Shown in pieces: positions 16,640-26,065 of a DNA stretch of 32,000 bases. The position numbers and the translations under genes were made by a program. The notes beneath the pieces were generated by a model that was given only the letters and a program-made list of their open reading frames with translations, was not told the origin of the DNA and searched no databases. Positions within the stretch are counted from its first letter, which is position 1; each line of letters begins with the position of its first letter. Origin of the DNA: Ignicoccus islandicus DSM 13165 (GTDB lineage: Archaea > Thermoproteota > Thermoprotei_A > Sulfolobales > Ignicoccaceae); the NCBI RefSeq assembly GCF_001481685.1, contig NZ_CP006867.1, positions 600,001 through 632,000 of the forward strand, in the 5' to 3' direction.

Positions 16640-17050
16640 TTATACTTCTATAATGAGATCATTTAAGCTCTTTGAATGATGCGCTCCAAGTAACCATAAG
16701 AGTTCTTCTTTTGCAGCATCTATCATAGAAGGAGTTATGGGCTCTCTGAGTTTATCGTTAACGTAATGCGCGAACTTGCTTAAGTTACACCACGTATTCT
16801 CATCGAGTAAGTCAGCTCTCTCTATTCCTATACCATTGTACCCGTTCTTGCTCCATATTATTATTTTTCCTTCGTTAGGACATATGCTTACACGAAGCGA
16901 ATTATAACAATCTTTGAATTCTGAGATCAAACCTTCGATATCCTTCTTGATAACTTCCTTGTTACTCTTAATTATCCAGAACTTGTTATCGTATCTCGAC
17001 TGGATTATTACGAATAAGTGGGCCGGGTAAACTGGTTCACACATATGCAC
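16640..17050 (-). CDS. Hypothetical protein (136 aa)
   Basis: Clean ORF. I recognise no family. Confidence 0.45.
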   Translation of the reverse strand: MHMCEPVYPAHLFVIIQSRYDNKFWIIKSNKEVIKKDIEGLISEFKDCYNSLRVSICPNEGKIIIWSKNGYNGIGIERADLLDENTWCNLSKFAHYVNDKLREPITPSMIDAAKEELLWLLGAHHSKSLNDLIIEV

Positions 17051-17117
17051 GTTCCCCTTTAGTAATAGATAGTTTTAGAATAGTATTTTCGAGAACTTCG
17101 TATTATTGAGTTACTAC

Positions 17118-17172
17118 TCAGGAGCCAGGGGTTTCATCACCCATCTCAGACGCCCGACGTACGAATCCTCAT
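17118..17172 (-). ncRNA. Candidate C/D-box sRNA
   Basis: Minus strand reads AUGAGGA (C-like, 17172..17166), 16 nt, CUGA (D', 17149..17146), 5 nt, GUGAUGA (C', 17140..17134), 12 nt AACCCCUGGCUC, CUGA (D, 17121..17118). This is the only intergenic UGAUGA I found in the window. It lies in a locally GC-enriched patch between divergent genes. Weak points are the degenerate C box and the 16-nt first spacer. Confidence 0.3.
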
Positions 17173-17233
17173 TGCTTCGGCCAGTTTAACTCACATAATT
17201 GTTTCCTGTAACTTCAACTGGAGGGAAGGGTTA

Positions 17234-17725
17234 ATGAGAATTATTAAGAAGCCATTATCTAAAAGAGAAAAGAAGCAATTAATCAAGGAGATTCCGCGCG
17301 AGTTAATAGAGGTAGATCTTAACGAAAAGATAGAGGAAGCGAAAGTAGTCTCTGATAGGAGTGGAAAGGAGTACTTGGTTATTTATATTAACGACAAACC
17401 AACGCTTGCCAGAATAAAAAACAAATTCATTCCAATACTATGTGGTCAGAAACTAGAGTTTAGGGGCGTCGTTGTAGACGAAGGAGCTGTAAAACATATT
17501 ACTAATGGAGCGGACGTAATGAGACCTGGAATCGTAGAGGTGAAGGGAGAATTTGATAAGGGAGATTTGGTTCTAGTCTACTCCGTCAACTTACCGTTCC
17601 CAATAGCAGTAGGGGAAGCTCTATACTCGTCAGAGGAAATTAAGAAAATGGAGAAGGGGAAAGTAATAAAGAACATACACCATTTGGGAGATGAACTTTT
17701 CAAGCTGTGTAAGGGTTTAGCTTAG
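17234..17725 (+). CDS. PUA-domain RNA-binding protein (COG2016 / Tma20-MCT1-like)
   Basis: VVVDEGAVKHITNGADVMRPGIVEVKGEFDKGDLVLVYS...PIAVGEALYSSEEI is a PUA domain signature. GGAGGG lies 9 nt upstream of the ATG. Confidence 0.8.
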   Translation: MRIIKKPLSKREKKQLIKEIPRELIEVDLNEKIEEAKVVSDRSGKEYLVIYINDKPTLARIKNKFIPILCGQKLEFRGVVVDEGAVKHITNGADVMRPGIVEVKGEFDKGDLVLVYSVNLPFPIAVGEALYSSEEIKKMEKGKVIKNIHHLGDELFKLCKGLA

Positions 17726-18861
17726 AGATTAAACAATTGATTTAGTACGTAATCTCTTATATCGTTTATTGAAGGTAGCTTTTCGATAACTTTACCATTT
17801 TCAATGACCTTCCTTAATAATGGTATACAACCTTCCGGAGCTTCGACGTTCCATGGTAAGATTAGTCTCTTTTTGTTACAGACGTACAACTGCTTGAAGC
17901 CGGGGAGTTTCCCCCTCTTACTTCTGGGAACCCACCTATCGTTTTCGAACACCTCTACTATATCTGCACTTATGTCAACGCTTTTCGGGAACGCTATGGA
18001 AGTTCCGACACCGAACGCATCAACGATATCTCTAAGTTCTTGTATCACGTCTTCGTCTAGTCCGCCACTAACTACTATTTGAACGTCTTTACAACCGTTA
18101 ATGTCTAAGGTCCATCGGACTTCTTCAATTATTCTACGGAAATTCCCCCTTCTAGAGCCTGGCGTATCTAATCTAACACCCTTCAATCTTTCTTTCAATG
18201 TCTTACAAGCTCTTAGAGCTTCCTCTCTTTCATCACAGAAGGTGTCGACCAGAGCAATTCTCGGGATAGATGGATCAGTATATTTGTCGAAAATGCTCCA
18301 TGCAACTTCGCTATTGCCTATAATTACTATTAGAGCATGTGGCATGGTTCCCACTGGTTTGAGACCTAAGTACTTTTCGCTTAATGTGCCAGCTACTGCA
18401 TCGACGCCACCGATGTATGCTGCCCTATCAACCATAGGTTGAATGGCTGGATGAACCGCACGCAACCCAAAGAACATTACTATTTTATTACCGGCTGCCT
18501 TTTTCACACGAGCGGCTTTAGTTGCTATTGACGTACTATGTCTTAACACACCCAATAACGATGTCTCGAGGTCAGCGAATTCACTGTATTTCCCTTCGAT
18601 CACCATTAACGGCTCTTTCTCGAAAAAGATAGTGCCCTCTGGAACGGAATATACATTTACGTTCCTTCCTTCAATTATTTCCAATACTTCTTCCAAACCT
18701 GCGAATACGCCCCATTCGTAACCACTAGGAAAGGAGTATACATGAAATTCCATTCTAACGTTCTTGTCGACTCCGGACTTACTAACTATCTCTTTGGTAC
18801 GTTTGAAGTATATATCTGTGGCCTCTCCGCTTTTTATTTCATCTGGAGATGCGATGAACAT
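17722..18861 (-). CDS. pncB: Nicotinate phosphoribosyltransferase (archaeal type)
   Basis: 379 aa. TDIYFKRTKEI at the N-terminus and GTMPHALI, VRLDTPGSRRG, VSGGLDE motifs are typical of the NAPRTase/QPRTase-like family. Confidence 0.8.
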   Translation of the reverse strand: MFIASPDEIKSGEATDIYFKRTKEIVSKSGVDKNVRMEFHVYSFPSGYEWGVFAGLEEVLEIIEGRNVNVYSVPEGTIFFEKEPLMVIEGKYSEFADLETSLLGVLRHSTSIATKAARVKKAAGNKIVMFFGLRAVHPAIQPMVDRAAYIGGVDAVAGTLSEKYLGLKPVGTMPHALIVIIGNSEVAWSIFDKYTDPSIPRIALVDTFCDEREEALRACKTLKERLKGVRLDTPGSRRGNFRRIIEEVRWTLDINGCKDVQIVVSGGLDEDVIQELRDIVDAFGVGTSIAFPKSVDISADIVEVFENDRWVPRSKRGKLPGFKQLYVCNKKRLILPWNVEAPEGCIPLLRKVIENGKVIEKLPSINDIRDYVLNQLFNL

Positions 18862-18863
18862 TA

Positions 18864-19277
18864 CTAATCACCGACTACAGTTACGACAACCTTTCTAGAG
18901 GGCCTTGGTCCATCTAGTTCAACAACGAATATATTTTGCCATGTCCCTCTTATCAATCTACCTTCAATAACTGGAAACGTTCTAGAAGGACCAATAATTG
19001 AAGCCAAGATATGCGCATCCGCATTGTTATCAATCATGTTATGTCGCCAAGGTTTATCTGGTGGCACCAGTTCTTCCAAAGCGTTTAAAATATCACTCAT
19101 TAACCCCGATTCGTGCTCATTAGCTATCACTGCAGCAGTTGCATGCGGTACAAAGACCGTACAGAGACCGTTTCTGATATTGCTTCTTTTAACTATTCTC
19201 TCTACGTCTTGAGTAACATCAATGAGTTCCTTTCTCCTGGAGCTACTTACAGTAAACGTTTCAATGTATACGGTCAT
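18864..19277 (-). CDS. YjbQ/UPF0047 family protein (secondary thiamine-phosphate synthase-like)
   Basis: 137 aa. VFVPHATAAVIANEHESGLMSD...NADAHILASIIGPS...GTWQNIFVVELDGPR matches the YjbQ family pattern. Confidence 0.85.
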   Translation of the reverse strand: MTVYIETFTVSSSRRKELIDVTQDVERIVKRSNIRNGLCTVFVPHATAAVIANEHESGLMSDILNALEELVPPDKPWRHNMIDNNADAHILASIIGPSRTFPVIEGRLIRGTWQNIFVVELDGPRPSRKVVVTVVGD

Positions 19278-19349
19278 TGTTAGTTCCCTGTTAAATTAGA
19301 TGATCGGAAGAATAAGTATAGATATCCCATTATTCGCGAAGTAGCTCTG

Positions 19350-20069
19350 GTGTTGCTGTTGATAGTGAAGTATGAAGGTAATAATTCTTATATTGCTTTT
19401 TCAAAAGATTTTAAGATATCAGTCAACACTCCTGGAGGAACGTTCTTCATTTCTCTTGTTGATAATGAGGAAGCTCATTACTGCCCCCGAGGAGTTCGAT
19501 GTAAAAACCCTACCGAGGGATGGATCGATCTATTCAGGTTTAGCGTCGCAATATTCCCAGAAGGCCTCGTTTTAGTTGATGAAAAGACGTCTGTAGGGAT
19601 TGGTCGGATTCCACCTTCAATACATGTAGACATGTTAATTTCAAACTTCAATGAACCTGAGCACAAGTGTTTCCAAACAATTGAATTATTAGACGCTGGT
19701 GAGTACGTCGACCCATTTAAATGTATGATCTATAGTCCAACACTCGTTCATGAAATGAAATTAGAGCCGCAATGGTTCGAACTAATTTCTAAGGAGGAAA
19801 AAACCGTTGAAGTGAGATTGCTTGACGAGAAAAGAAAGAAATTACGTGTAGGACATGTAATTAAGTTTGTAAATACGCAGAATTCGAAGGAGCTTTACGC
19901 TAGAATAACTTCCCTAAGGGTGTATGATAATATAAAGAAGCTATTGGAATTAGAAGATCTAACAAGAGTAATGCCTGGTTACGATTACATGGAATCACTC
20001 GAAGTCTACAAAAAGTATTACGACGTGGAATCAAGGAAAGCAATCGCCATTGGGTTAGAAGTTCTTTAG
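19350..20069 (+). CDS. Protein with a C-terminal ASCH (PUA-like) domain and an unknown N-terminal domain
   Basis: 239 aa with a GTG start. The C-terminal about 105 aa (MKLEPQWFELISKEEKTVEVRLLDEKRKKLRVGHVIKF...YARITSLRVYDN) resemble ASCH. I do not recognise the N-terminal about 130 aa. Confidence 0.55.
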   Translation: MLLLIVKYEGNNSYIAFSKDFKISVNTPGGTFFISLVDNEEAHYCPRGVRCKNPTEGWIDLFRFSVAIFPEGLVLVDEKTSVGIGRIPPSIHVDMLISNFNEPEHKCFQTIELLDAGEYVDPFKCMIYSPTLVHEMKLEPQWFELISKEEKTVEVRLLDEKRKKLRVGHVIKFVNTQNSKELYARITSLRVYDNIKKLLELEDLTRVMPGYDYMESLEVYKKYYDVESRKAIAIGLEVL

Positions 20070-21178
20070 TTTTTACAGATTTCAGATTTTAGTATGGAAT
20101 ATGTTTCTTTGGCGAACGAAGTAACTGGAAGTTCTCTCAATTCCCATCTACCTATACCTAAGAGCACGGGGACCCTTATTCTATCTCCAATTCTCTTTTT
20201 GTCCCTTAGTATATAGGAAGTATAGGCTTCCTCTTCGATCTCGCAAACGCTATTTAGGTTAACGAATTTTAGTATTTCGTAATCAGATATAACCTTGCTC
20301 ACGATTTTGTCGAGTTCAGTCCCATTAATCTTATCATAGTATTTCGTCTCAACAATCATACCTAAAGCTACTGCTTCTCCATGTAGTAGCTCGTACTTGG
20401 AACCGCTTTCTAATGCGTGACCTACCGTGTGTCCATAGTTTAGAACTTCTCTAATACCTTTTCTCTCTCTAGGATCTTCCCTAACTACGTCCAGCTTCAA
20501 TTTAGAAGCTCGTAGTACTAGTTCCATTACTTCGTCATCCCGTCTGGAAATTATTTCTTTTCTATTATTTACTAAGAAACTGAGATAGTCCTCGCTGAGC
20601 GTAAATCCGTACTTCAAGGCTTCGGCCAAACTCGATAGGTAAACTCTTTCGGGTAGCGTTTCAATGAACCTTAGGTCGCTTGCGACTATCGAGGGGTGGT
20701 AAAAGGAACCTATTATATTCTTCGTTCCTTTGTAATTTACTGCAGTCTTACCTCCTAAGGAGCTATCTATCATTGCCAGTAATGTAGTGGGAATTTGGAC
20801 GAAAGGTATACCTCTCATATATATTGAGGCTGCGAAACCTACCGTATCACAAAGACTCCCTCCGGATGCACATGCTATCGCATCCCACCTAGAGGCCTTC
20901 CTCTCCCATAGTTTTTCGATTATATAAAGGGCTGTTTCAAGTTCCTTGCTTTTTTCACCGTCTTCGATTACCATTACATCTTCGAAGACTCTTTGTAATT
21001 CTGACGTAAGGTTAGGGAAATTGTCGTGAACGCCCTTACCTACAATAGCTAGTTTCGGATTGAAGTACGCTGTCCTTAGGAAATCTTTTAATCTTTCAAG
21101 TACGTTTCTCCCAACTATTATATGGTAGAAGTATTCATCCAGTATAGTGATTTTAAGTTCCTTATAATAGCTCTTCAA
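20066..21178 (-). CDS. aroB: 3-dehydroquinate synthase
   Basis: GGSLCDTVGFAASIYMRGIPFVQIPTTLLAMIDSSLGGKTAVN, KNIIGSFYHP and NYGHTVGHALE are classic DHQS motifs. Confidence 0.85.
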   Translation of the reverse strand: MKSYYKELKITILDEYFYHIIVGRNVLERLKDFLRTAYFNPKLAIVGKGVHDNFPNLTSELQRVFEDVMVIEDGEKSKELETALYIIEKLWERKASRWDAIACASGGSLCDTVGFAASIYMRGIPFVQIPTTLLAMIDSSLGGKTAVNYKGTKNIIGSFYHPSIVASDLRFIETLPERVYLSSLAEALKYGFTLSEDYLSFLVNNRKEIISRRDDEVMELVLRASKLKLDVVREDPRERKGIREVLNYGHTVGHALESGSKYELLHGEAVALGMIVETKYYDKINGTELDKIVSKVISDYEILKFVNLNSVCEIEEEAYTSYILRDKKRIGDRIRVPVLLGIGRWELRELPVTSFAKETYSILKSEICKN

Positions 21179-24100
21179 ATTCCTCTTCCTCCTCTCCTTT
21201 ACCTAGGAACGTTGATATTATGTAAGCTCCAGCACCTCCAATGAAAGCAATTACGACTATTAGCATAGGGTTTCCTAAGAGTATTTCTATTATCGTCGGT
21301 GCTGGCTTCAAGTATACGATGGGTAAGGTTGGAGCTAGGATGACCTTTGATTTATACGTTGTATATCCGGGAGCATCTACAGTCATTAATACTTCTCTTC
21401 CTATGTAATAGCTATTGACTTTTACAATAGCCACGCCATTGATGTTACTCATCCCTTCTCCAATAAGTTTATTATCAAAGTAGAACTTTACAACGGCTCT
21501 AGCAACAGGTTTATTATTTCTGGCATCGTAAATCCTTATCATTACATTTGACTTAGTAGGCTTCAAAGGAACGGAGACTTCCAAGTTTACTGGAACAGTA
21601 AAGGATTGAATACCCGTTGCAGCAACTTTTCCAGTTGCTGCTTTACAACTTAGAGACACTTGATAAGTACCTTTTGGTAAGTTTATTGAGGTGGATAAGG
21701 AGGGCTTCTCCATTCTCTGTAAAGTAAGTGGTTTAAGTAATGGTCCACCTTGTACGGAACCTTCACAATAAGATATGTAATCTAGTAGTAGTTTATCCTT
21801 GGTTTCTGCTTTTATAACAACTTTATATGTCCTATGAGCTATTGTAAACTCTAGAACTTTCGTGTTTTCATCAATGGTTATCTCAGTAACTAAAGGTTCG
21901 AAACCGGTAGCTGTTATTTTAACTTGGTAGAGACCTGGCGGAATTTCTATTACATTAAACTGTGACGAAAGTGTGAAATTCAACTTTATTCCGAAGTACT
22001 TGTTAACGAGAGTTAGATTAAATGAATCAACTAATCTCTTCAATTCGTCATACACGAATACCTTAATCTTTATTGTCTTCAATTGCAAGTAAATATTAAG
22101 AGAAGTATCGTTGAGTATGTTAATTATTTTCTTGTATTCTTTATAGTTCTTTGCAGTTACCGTTATTAAATACTCGCCAGGTGGTACCTTGACCGAAATT
22201 ATGTTTGAAGCAGGATTTGATATCGTCATAATAGGTGTTCCAGGTATAGACAACGCTTTAAGGGAAACTGTGGACGGTAGCACTGGTCTCTTAAGCACAG
22301 CGTCGAATATAGATAGGGTCAAGTTGTAAAGTATTGGATCTAATTCATACTTCAATACCTCTGGCTTGTTTTCGCCTCGTGGCGAAACTAGAATGGAACC
22401 TGAGAGTTCTTTATGTAGTTTAGCTCTTATAGTTACTAAATATGTTCCCGGTCTTAATATACACTTAGCTTGACCTTTAGAATCAGTCATTATGTGTAAG
22501 TTCATCGGTCCAGAGATAGATATCGATGCACCTTCAATTGGCCCTTTCTTTATAAATGGCGGTGCTCCCTTACTGTATATTTCGAACACGATTTCCCTTC
22601 CCTTAACCACCAAAGGTATCGTTACATTCGCGTCTTTGTTTAGGTTAATTCTCTTTACATATTCTTTATAGTATGGATGGGATATTCGGATGACGTAGGA
22701 ACCCTTTTCAAGATTAACTCTAACGATTCCATTCTCATTAGAGAATAATGGACCTACGTTTATGTATTTGCCTCTAATAGTGTTTCCGGAAATGATGACT
22801 TGTGCTCCTTCAATGGGCTTCTTAGTTTGTGAATCGATTATTCTTAGCTGCAATACATATACATAAGGCACAATGATTTCCGGAGATATATCTATCTCTA
22901 TGATTGGTGGGTCGAAGTCCCATGATACAGGTACGGCTGGGACTAATTCCATTACCCTACCTATCTCAGTATCTATACTTAGAGTATAGGTACCTGATGG
23001 AACTTCTATTACCTTTGACCTTTCATTCGCATTAAATTCAATATTCCATTTAACGTTTACGTTATACAAGGCGCTTAAAGTTGAGACTATCTTACTACTC
23101 CTTACAAGGTTTAGGAATTTGGGTGTAAGAAGTATCCTTAGAATAGTATGCGAGTCTGCGGGATCATCTACTCTATAGAGGGATCCAGAGGATATGCAGT
23201 AAAGCTTAGAATCTATCTTGTAGCATGAATCCGCTCCATACATACTAAAGAGAATGTTACTGTCTTTCGGTCTTACGCTTATAACTCTATTATCAATAAC
23301 GAACACCCGTGATCTAAAGCCATATACGTCAACGAAAATACCTAAGTCACTTAAATTCTTAGGTATAGATTCGCAATTTCTTACCTTCAGACTTAGGTTG
23401 CTCAAAAGCGGAATTAGTGAACATGCATTACCTACTTTATTTGCTATTATAATATCTCTCTCGTTCTCAATTATTGTTGAATTTGCTAGTTCTTTATAAT
23501 TAATTAATTTGAACTTGTTGGCCTTTAAGTCATAAGTTATATAGGCCACCTTGATCTCATTTCGGGACTTACTTACTACTATCGTCACGTTGTTCTTCAC
23601 TAATAACTTTGAATTGCTCAACGAGATATTCAGTGAATCAATTAGAACAGATTCATCTAGTTTAACAAATTCGCTAGGAGACGTAAAGACAGGGATGTAT
23701 CCACGCTGTAATATTCCTAGAACGTTCAAAGTAGGGTTTAAGCTTACTATGTAACCTCTCGAAGTTATAAAGAGATCCTTATTCCATGCCTTACCCAAAT
23801 ATCGAACTTTACCTAGGCCGCACTTTTTCTCTTTTATGATATTTAATGCTTTATTTAGGACGAAATACGTACCATTTTTCGTTAATATATACACGTTTGA
23901 CTTATCTTCTTCCAGTGCTATCGGATCTGAATCCACCATATTGGTATAGCTTAGAACGACTAGCTTATCCCCTGAAATTAACGACCTCAATAAGTATCCA
24001 TTCGCCGTTTTTACATAGATTATCGAACCATTAGCCGGAATAAAGACGTTTGATATGTCTCCAAAGTCTCTTGGCTCGATTCTAACTTTATAGACACTTA

Positions 24101-24227
24101 ATATCCCTTCTATTGGTACGTTAAGAGATAATTGATTCCAGTCTAATGTAAACGAGGTCGAATATACTCTTAAGTGTGCAATTAAGATTAGCGTAATTAG
24201 CAACAACTTTAACTTCGTTGTTATCAC
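21162..24227 (-). CDS. Large cell-surface protein: signal peptide, about 430-aa N-terminal region, six tandem about 80-aa carboxypeptidase-regulatory-like beta-sandwich repeats, C-terminal TM anchor and acidic tail
   Basis: 1021 aa. N-terminus MITTKLKLLLITLILIAHLRVYS. Repeat hallmarks read directly: EKGSYVIRISHPYYKEY, RPGTYLVTIRAKLHKEL, PPGEYLITVTAKNYKEY, PPGLYQVKITATGFEPL, PKGTYQVSLSCKA, LMTVDAPGYTTYKSKV. C-terminus MLIVVIAFIGGAGAYIISTFLGKGEEEEEFEELL. Confidence 0.7.
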   Translation of the reverse strand: MITTKLKLLLITLILIAHLRVYSTSFTLDWNQLSLNVPIEGILSVYKVRIEPRDFGDISNVFIPANGSIIYVKTANGYLLRSLISGDKLVVLSYTNMVDSDPIALEEDKSNVYILTKNGTYFVLNKALNIIKEKKCGLGKVRYLGKAWNKDLFITSRGYIVSLNPTLNVLGILQRGYIPVFTSPSEFVKLDESVLIDSLNISLSNSKLLVKNNVTIVVSKSRNEIKVAYITYDLKANKFKLINYKELANSTIIENERDIIIANKVGNACSLIPLLSNLSLKVRNCESIPKNLSDLGIFVDVYGFRSRVFVIDNRVISVRPKDSNILFSMYGADSCYKIDSKLYCISSGSLYRVDDPADSHTILRILLTPKFLNLVRSSKIVSTLSALYNVNVKWNIEFNANERSKVIEVPSGTYTLSIDTEIGRVMELVPAVPVSWDFDPPIIEIDISPEIIVPYVYVLQLRIIDSQTKKPIEGAQVIISGNTIRGKYINVGPLFSNENGIVRVNLEKGSYVIRISHPYYKEYVKRINLNKDANVTIPLVVKGREIVFEIYSKGAPPFIKKGPIEGASISISGPMNLHIMTDSKGQAKCILRPGTYLVTIRAKLHKELSGSILVSPRGENKPEVLKYELDPILYNLTLSIFDAVLKRPVLPSTVSLKALSIPGTPIMTISNPASNIISVKVPPGEYLITVTAKNYKEYKKIINILNDTSLNIYLQLKTIKIKVFVYDELKRLVDSFNLTLVNKYFGIKLNFTLSSQFNVIEIPPGLYQVKITATGFEPLVTEITIDENTKVLEFTIAHRTYKVVIKAETKDKLLLDYISYCEGSVQGGPLLKPLTLQRMEKPSLSTSINLPKGTYQVSLSCKAATGKVAATGIQSFTVPVNLEVSVPLKPTKSNVMIRIYDARNNKPVARAVVKFYFDNKLIGEGMSNINGVAIVKVNSYYIGREVLMTVDAPGYTTYKSKVILAPTLPIVYLKPAPTIIEILLGNPMLIVVIAFIGGAGAYIISTFLGKGEEEEEFEELL

Positions 24228-24284
24228 AATAATACCCGAAAAGGGAGTTCAACGATATCTAAAATATTTGCTCTTCTACTGCTA

Positions 24285-25943
24285 TTAGCCTACTGAATTG
24301 ACCTCACTTAAATGAATGAAGAAGATAGGACTATATGATAACGCCTCTGCTGACTCTGGATCTGTTCTTAACAAGTGGTTTACGTACGTATAGTAGTTGT
24401 ATGCTATGAATGAAGGGGTCGGATTACAGAAGTCTCTCTGCATTAGCTCTGGAAGTATGGTGGTGGAGACAATAGTGGCGTTCGTGAACCCATGTAATGT
24501 AGAGGCACTCGTTTCGTAAATTAACGAGGACATTCCAATAACCTTTGCGTAATTTCTATTATACATTGCTTTATATGCCTCATCAACCATGTCGCCTATA
24601 TCAGATGCCATTGATCCTCTTATTGGAATGAGGCCCAACGCGTATTTCGCTGACTCATAAGCTACTTGCAGTGCCTCTCGTGCCAAGAATACGACGTCAT
24701 TTACCTTAGGTGCGTCCTTGTTACTTGACATATCGTTTACAGCGTTAACCCATAGTTCTATGCTTATTGCCCTGGCACGAGCTAACGCTAGTAAGTTCGA
24801 TAGTGCATCAAGAGTTACATTACTATGAAGCTGATCTTTAATGTTGATAAGATAATTCTTGAGTCGATATTCTCTGCTATATACAGCAGCGCATGCTTCC
24901 AAGCTCCATAGATTTGAATAACAATTACTTGGTTCAATGGTTGTATAATGTTCGAGCTCGCTTAACGTACTGTTTACGAAGTCCCTTATTCTGTCGTTAA
25001 TGTTAGTTAGATTCATCCCATGTATGTGTGAGGCGACTATCTGTGGGAAACTTGAGTTAGACATACTAGTTAAGATCTCTTTATAGTATCTAGCGTATGC
25101 TTTTATGAGAGCAGTAAAGACGTAACTAGCAGCGGCGTAGTAATTTCCATTGTTTGCACTTAATTTGGCATCTCTAAGATATTGATCTAAAGTACTATTT
25201 AATTCATTATCTTTTACCTTAATCTTTTCAATAACCATGTTAAGGTTCTTTAAAAGTTCTTCATAGTGTGATTTGAAGACGAGCTTTGAAGCTTCAAGCC
25301 TCTGGGGGACTTCGCAAGACTTTCTTTCCAAGTAGTAACCAAAGTGCTTAGCTGCGTCAATAATTGAGGGTACTTCGTCTACGATTAACCCTTTGACCTC
25401 AACGCTCTCGCCCACTGGAACTAAGAAGTGAACTAAACCGTAGCTTCGCACAGCAGAAGCTTTTATTTTAACACCACCAACTGGCAAGACTTCACCGGCG
25501 AGGCCAACCATCCCTGTCATTGCTACGTGTTTAGTACAATTGAACCCCTCTAGTTTCAATAATGCTAGCGTTGCTGCCAACGCACTGCCACTAGGACCAG
25601 CGGCATTGATAGTTACGTTATACCCTATATCTGAAAGGTAATAAGAGAAATCGTGTAGTATTAGTGGCTGTCCGCTAATTATGCTTGCTGCTACAGACGC
25701 GCCAGACATTGAACCTTGAAAATCGCTTCCCAGTAATGGTCCACCAATGAAGACTCTCCCACTACCTTCTCTAACATCTACACTTAAAATCGAAAGTGCA
25801 CCCTCGTTCTCACCTACTACCGCTGGAGCGTACCCCCAACATCCCTTAACTTCATTTGTAAAGTTCGTTGCAATTACTATAGAGGTAAGTACTACCAAAC
25901 TAAGCAAGGTATAAGTATACAAGAAATTCATACGATTCCTCAT
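24285..25943 (-). CDS. Membrane-anchored/secreted Lon-C-like (S16 family) serine protease with a long helical C-terminal region
   Basis: AAGPSGSALAATLALLKLEGF...HVAMTGMVGLAGEVLPVGGVKIKASAV matches the Lon proteolytic-domain Ser and Lys motifs. The TM/signal segment is MRNRMNFLYTYTLLSLVVLTSIVIA. I trimmed the start from the track value (26126) to the ATG at 25943; 25931 is also possible. The extension overlaps nuoH and precedes the signal sequence. Confidence 0.65.
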   Translation of the reverse strand: MRNRMNFLYTYTLLSLVVLTSIVIATNFTNEVKGCWGYAPAVVGENEGALSILSVDVREGSGRVFIGGPLLGSDFQGSMSGASVAASIISGQPLILHDFSYYLSDIGYNVTINAAGPSGSALAATLALLKLEGFNCTKHVAMTGMVGLAGEVLPVGGVKIKASAVRSYGLVHFLVPVGESVEVKGLIVDEVPSIIDAAKHFGYYLERKSCEVPQRLEASKLVFKSHYEELLKNLNMVIEKIKVKDNELNSTLDQYLRDAKLSANNGNYYAAASYVFTALIKAYARYYKEILTSMSNSSFPQIVASHIHGMNLTNINDRIRDFVNSTLSELEHYTTIEPSNCYSNLWSLEACAAVYSREYRLKNYLINIKDQLHSNVTLDALSNLLALARARAISIELWVNAVNDMSSNKDAPKVNDVVFLAREALQVAYESAKYALGLIPIRGSMASDIGDMVDEAYKAMYNRNYAKVIGMSSLIYETSASTLHGFTNATIVSTTILPELMQRDFCNPTPSFIAYNYYTYVNHLLRTDPESAEALSYSPIFFIHLSEVNSVG

Positions 25944-26065
25944 TATTGCAAACCACCTACTAGCTTCATTAGAACCTCTTTTAGGCTGATGGTCTAATGC
26001 TAAGAAAATTGAGTAAAGAACTTTGAAAAAGCTCGACAGTAGGGTGTAATAAGAGGGTAACGATA

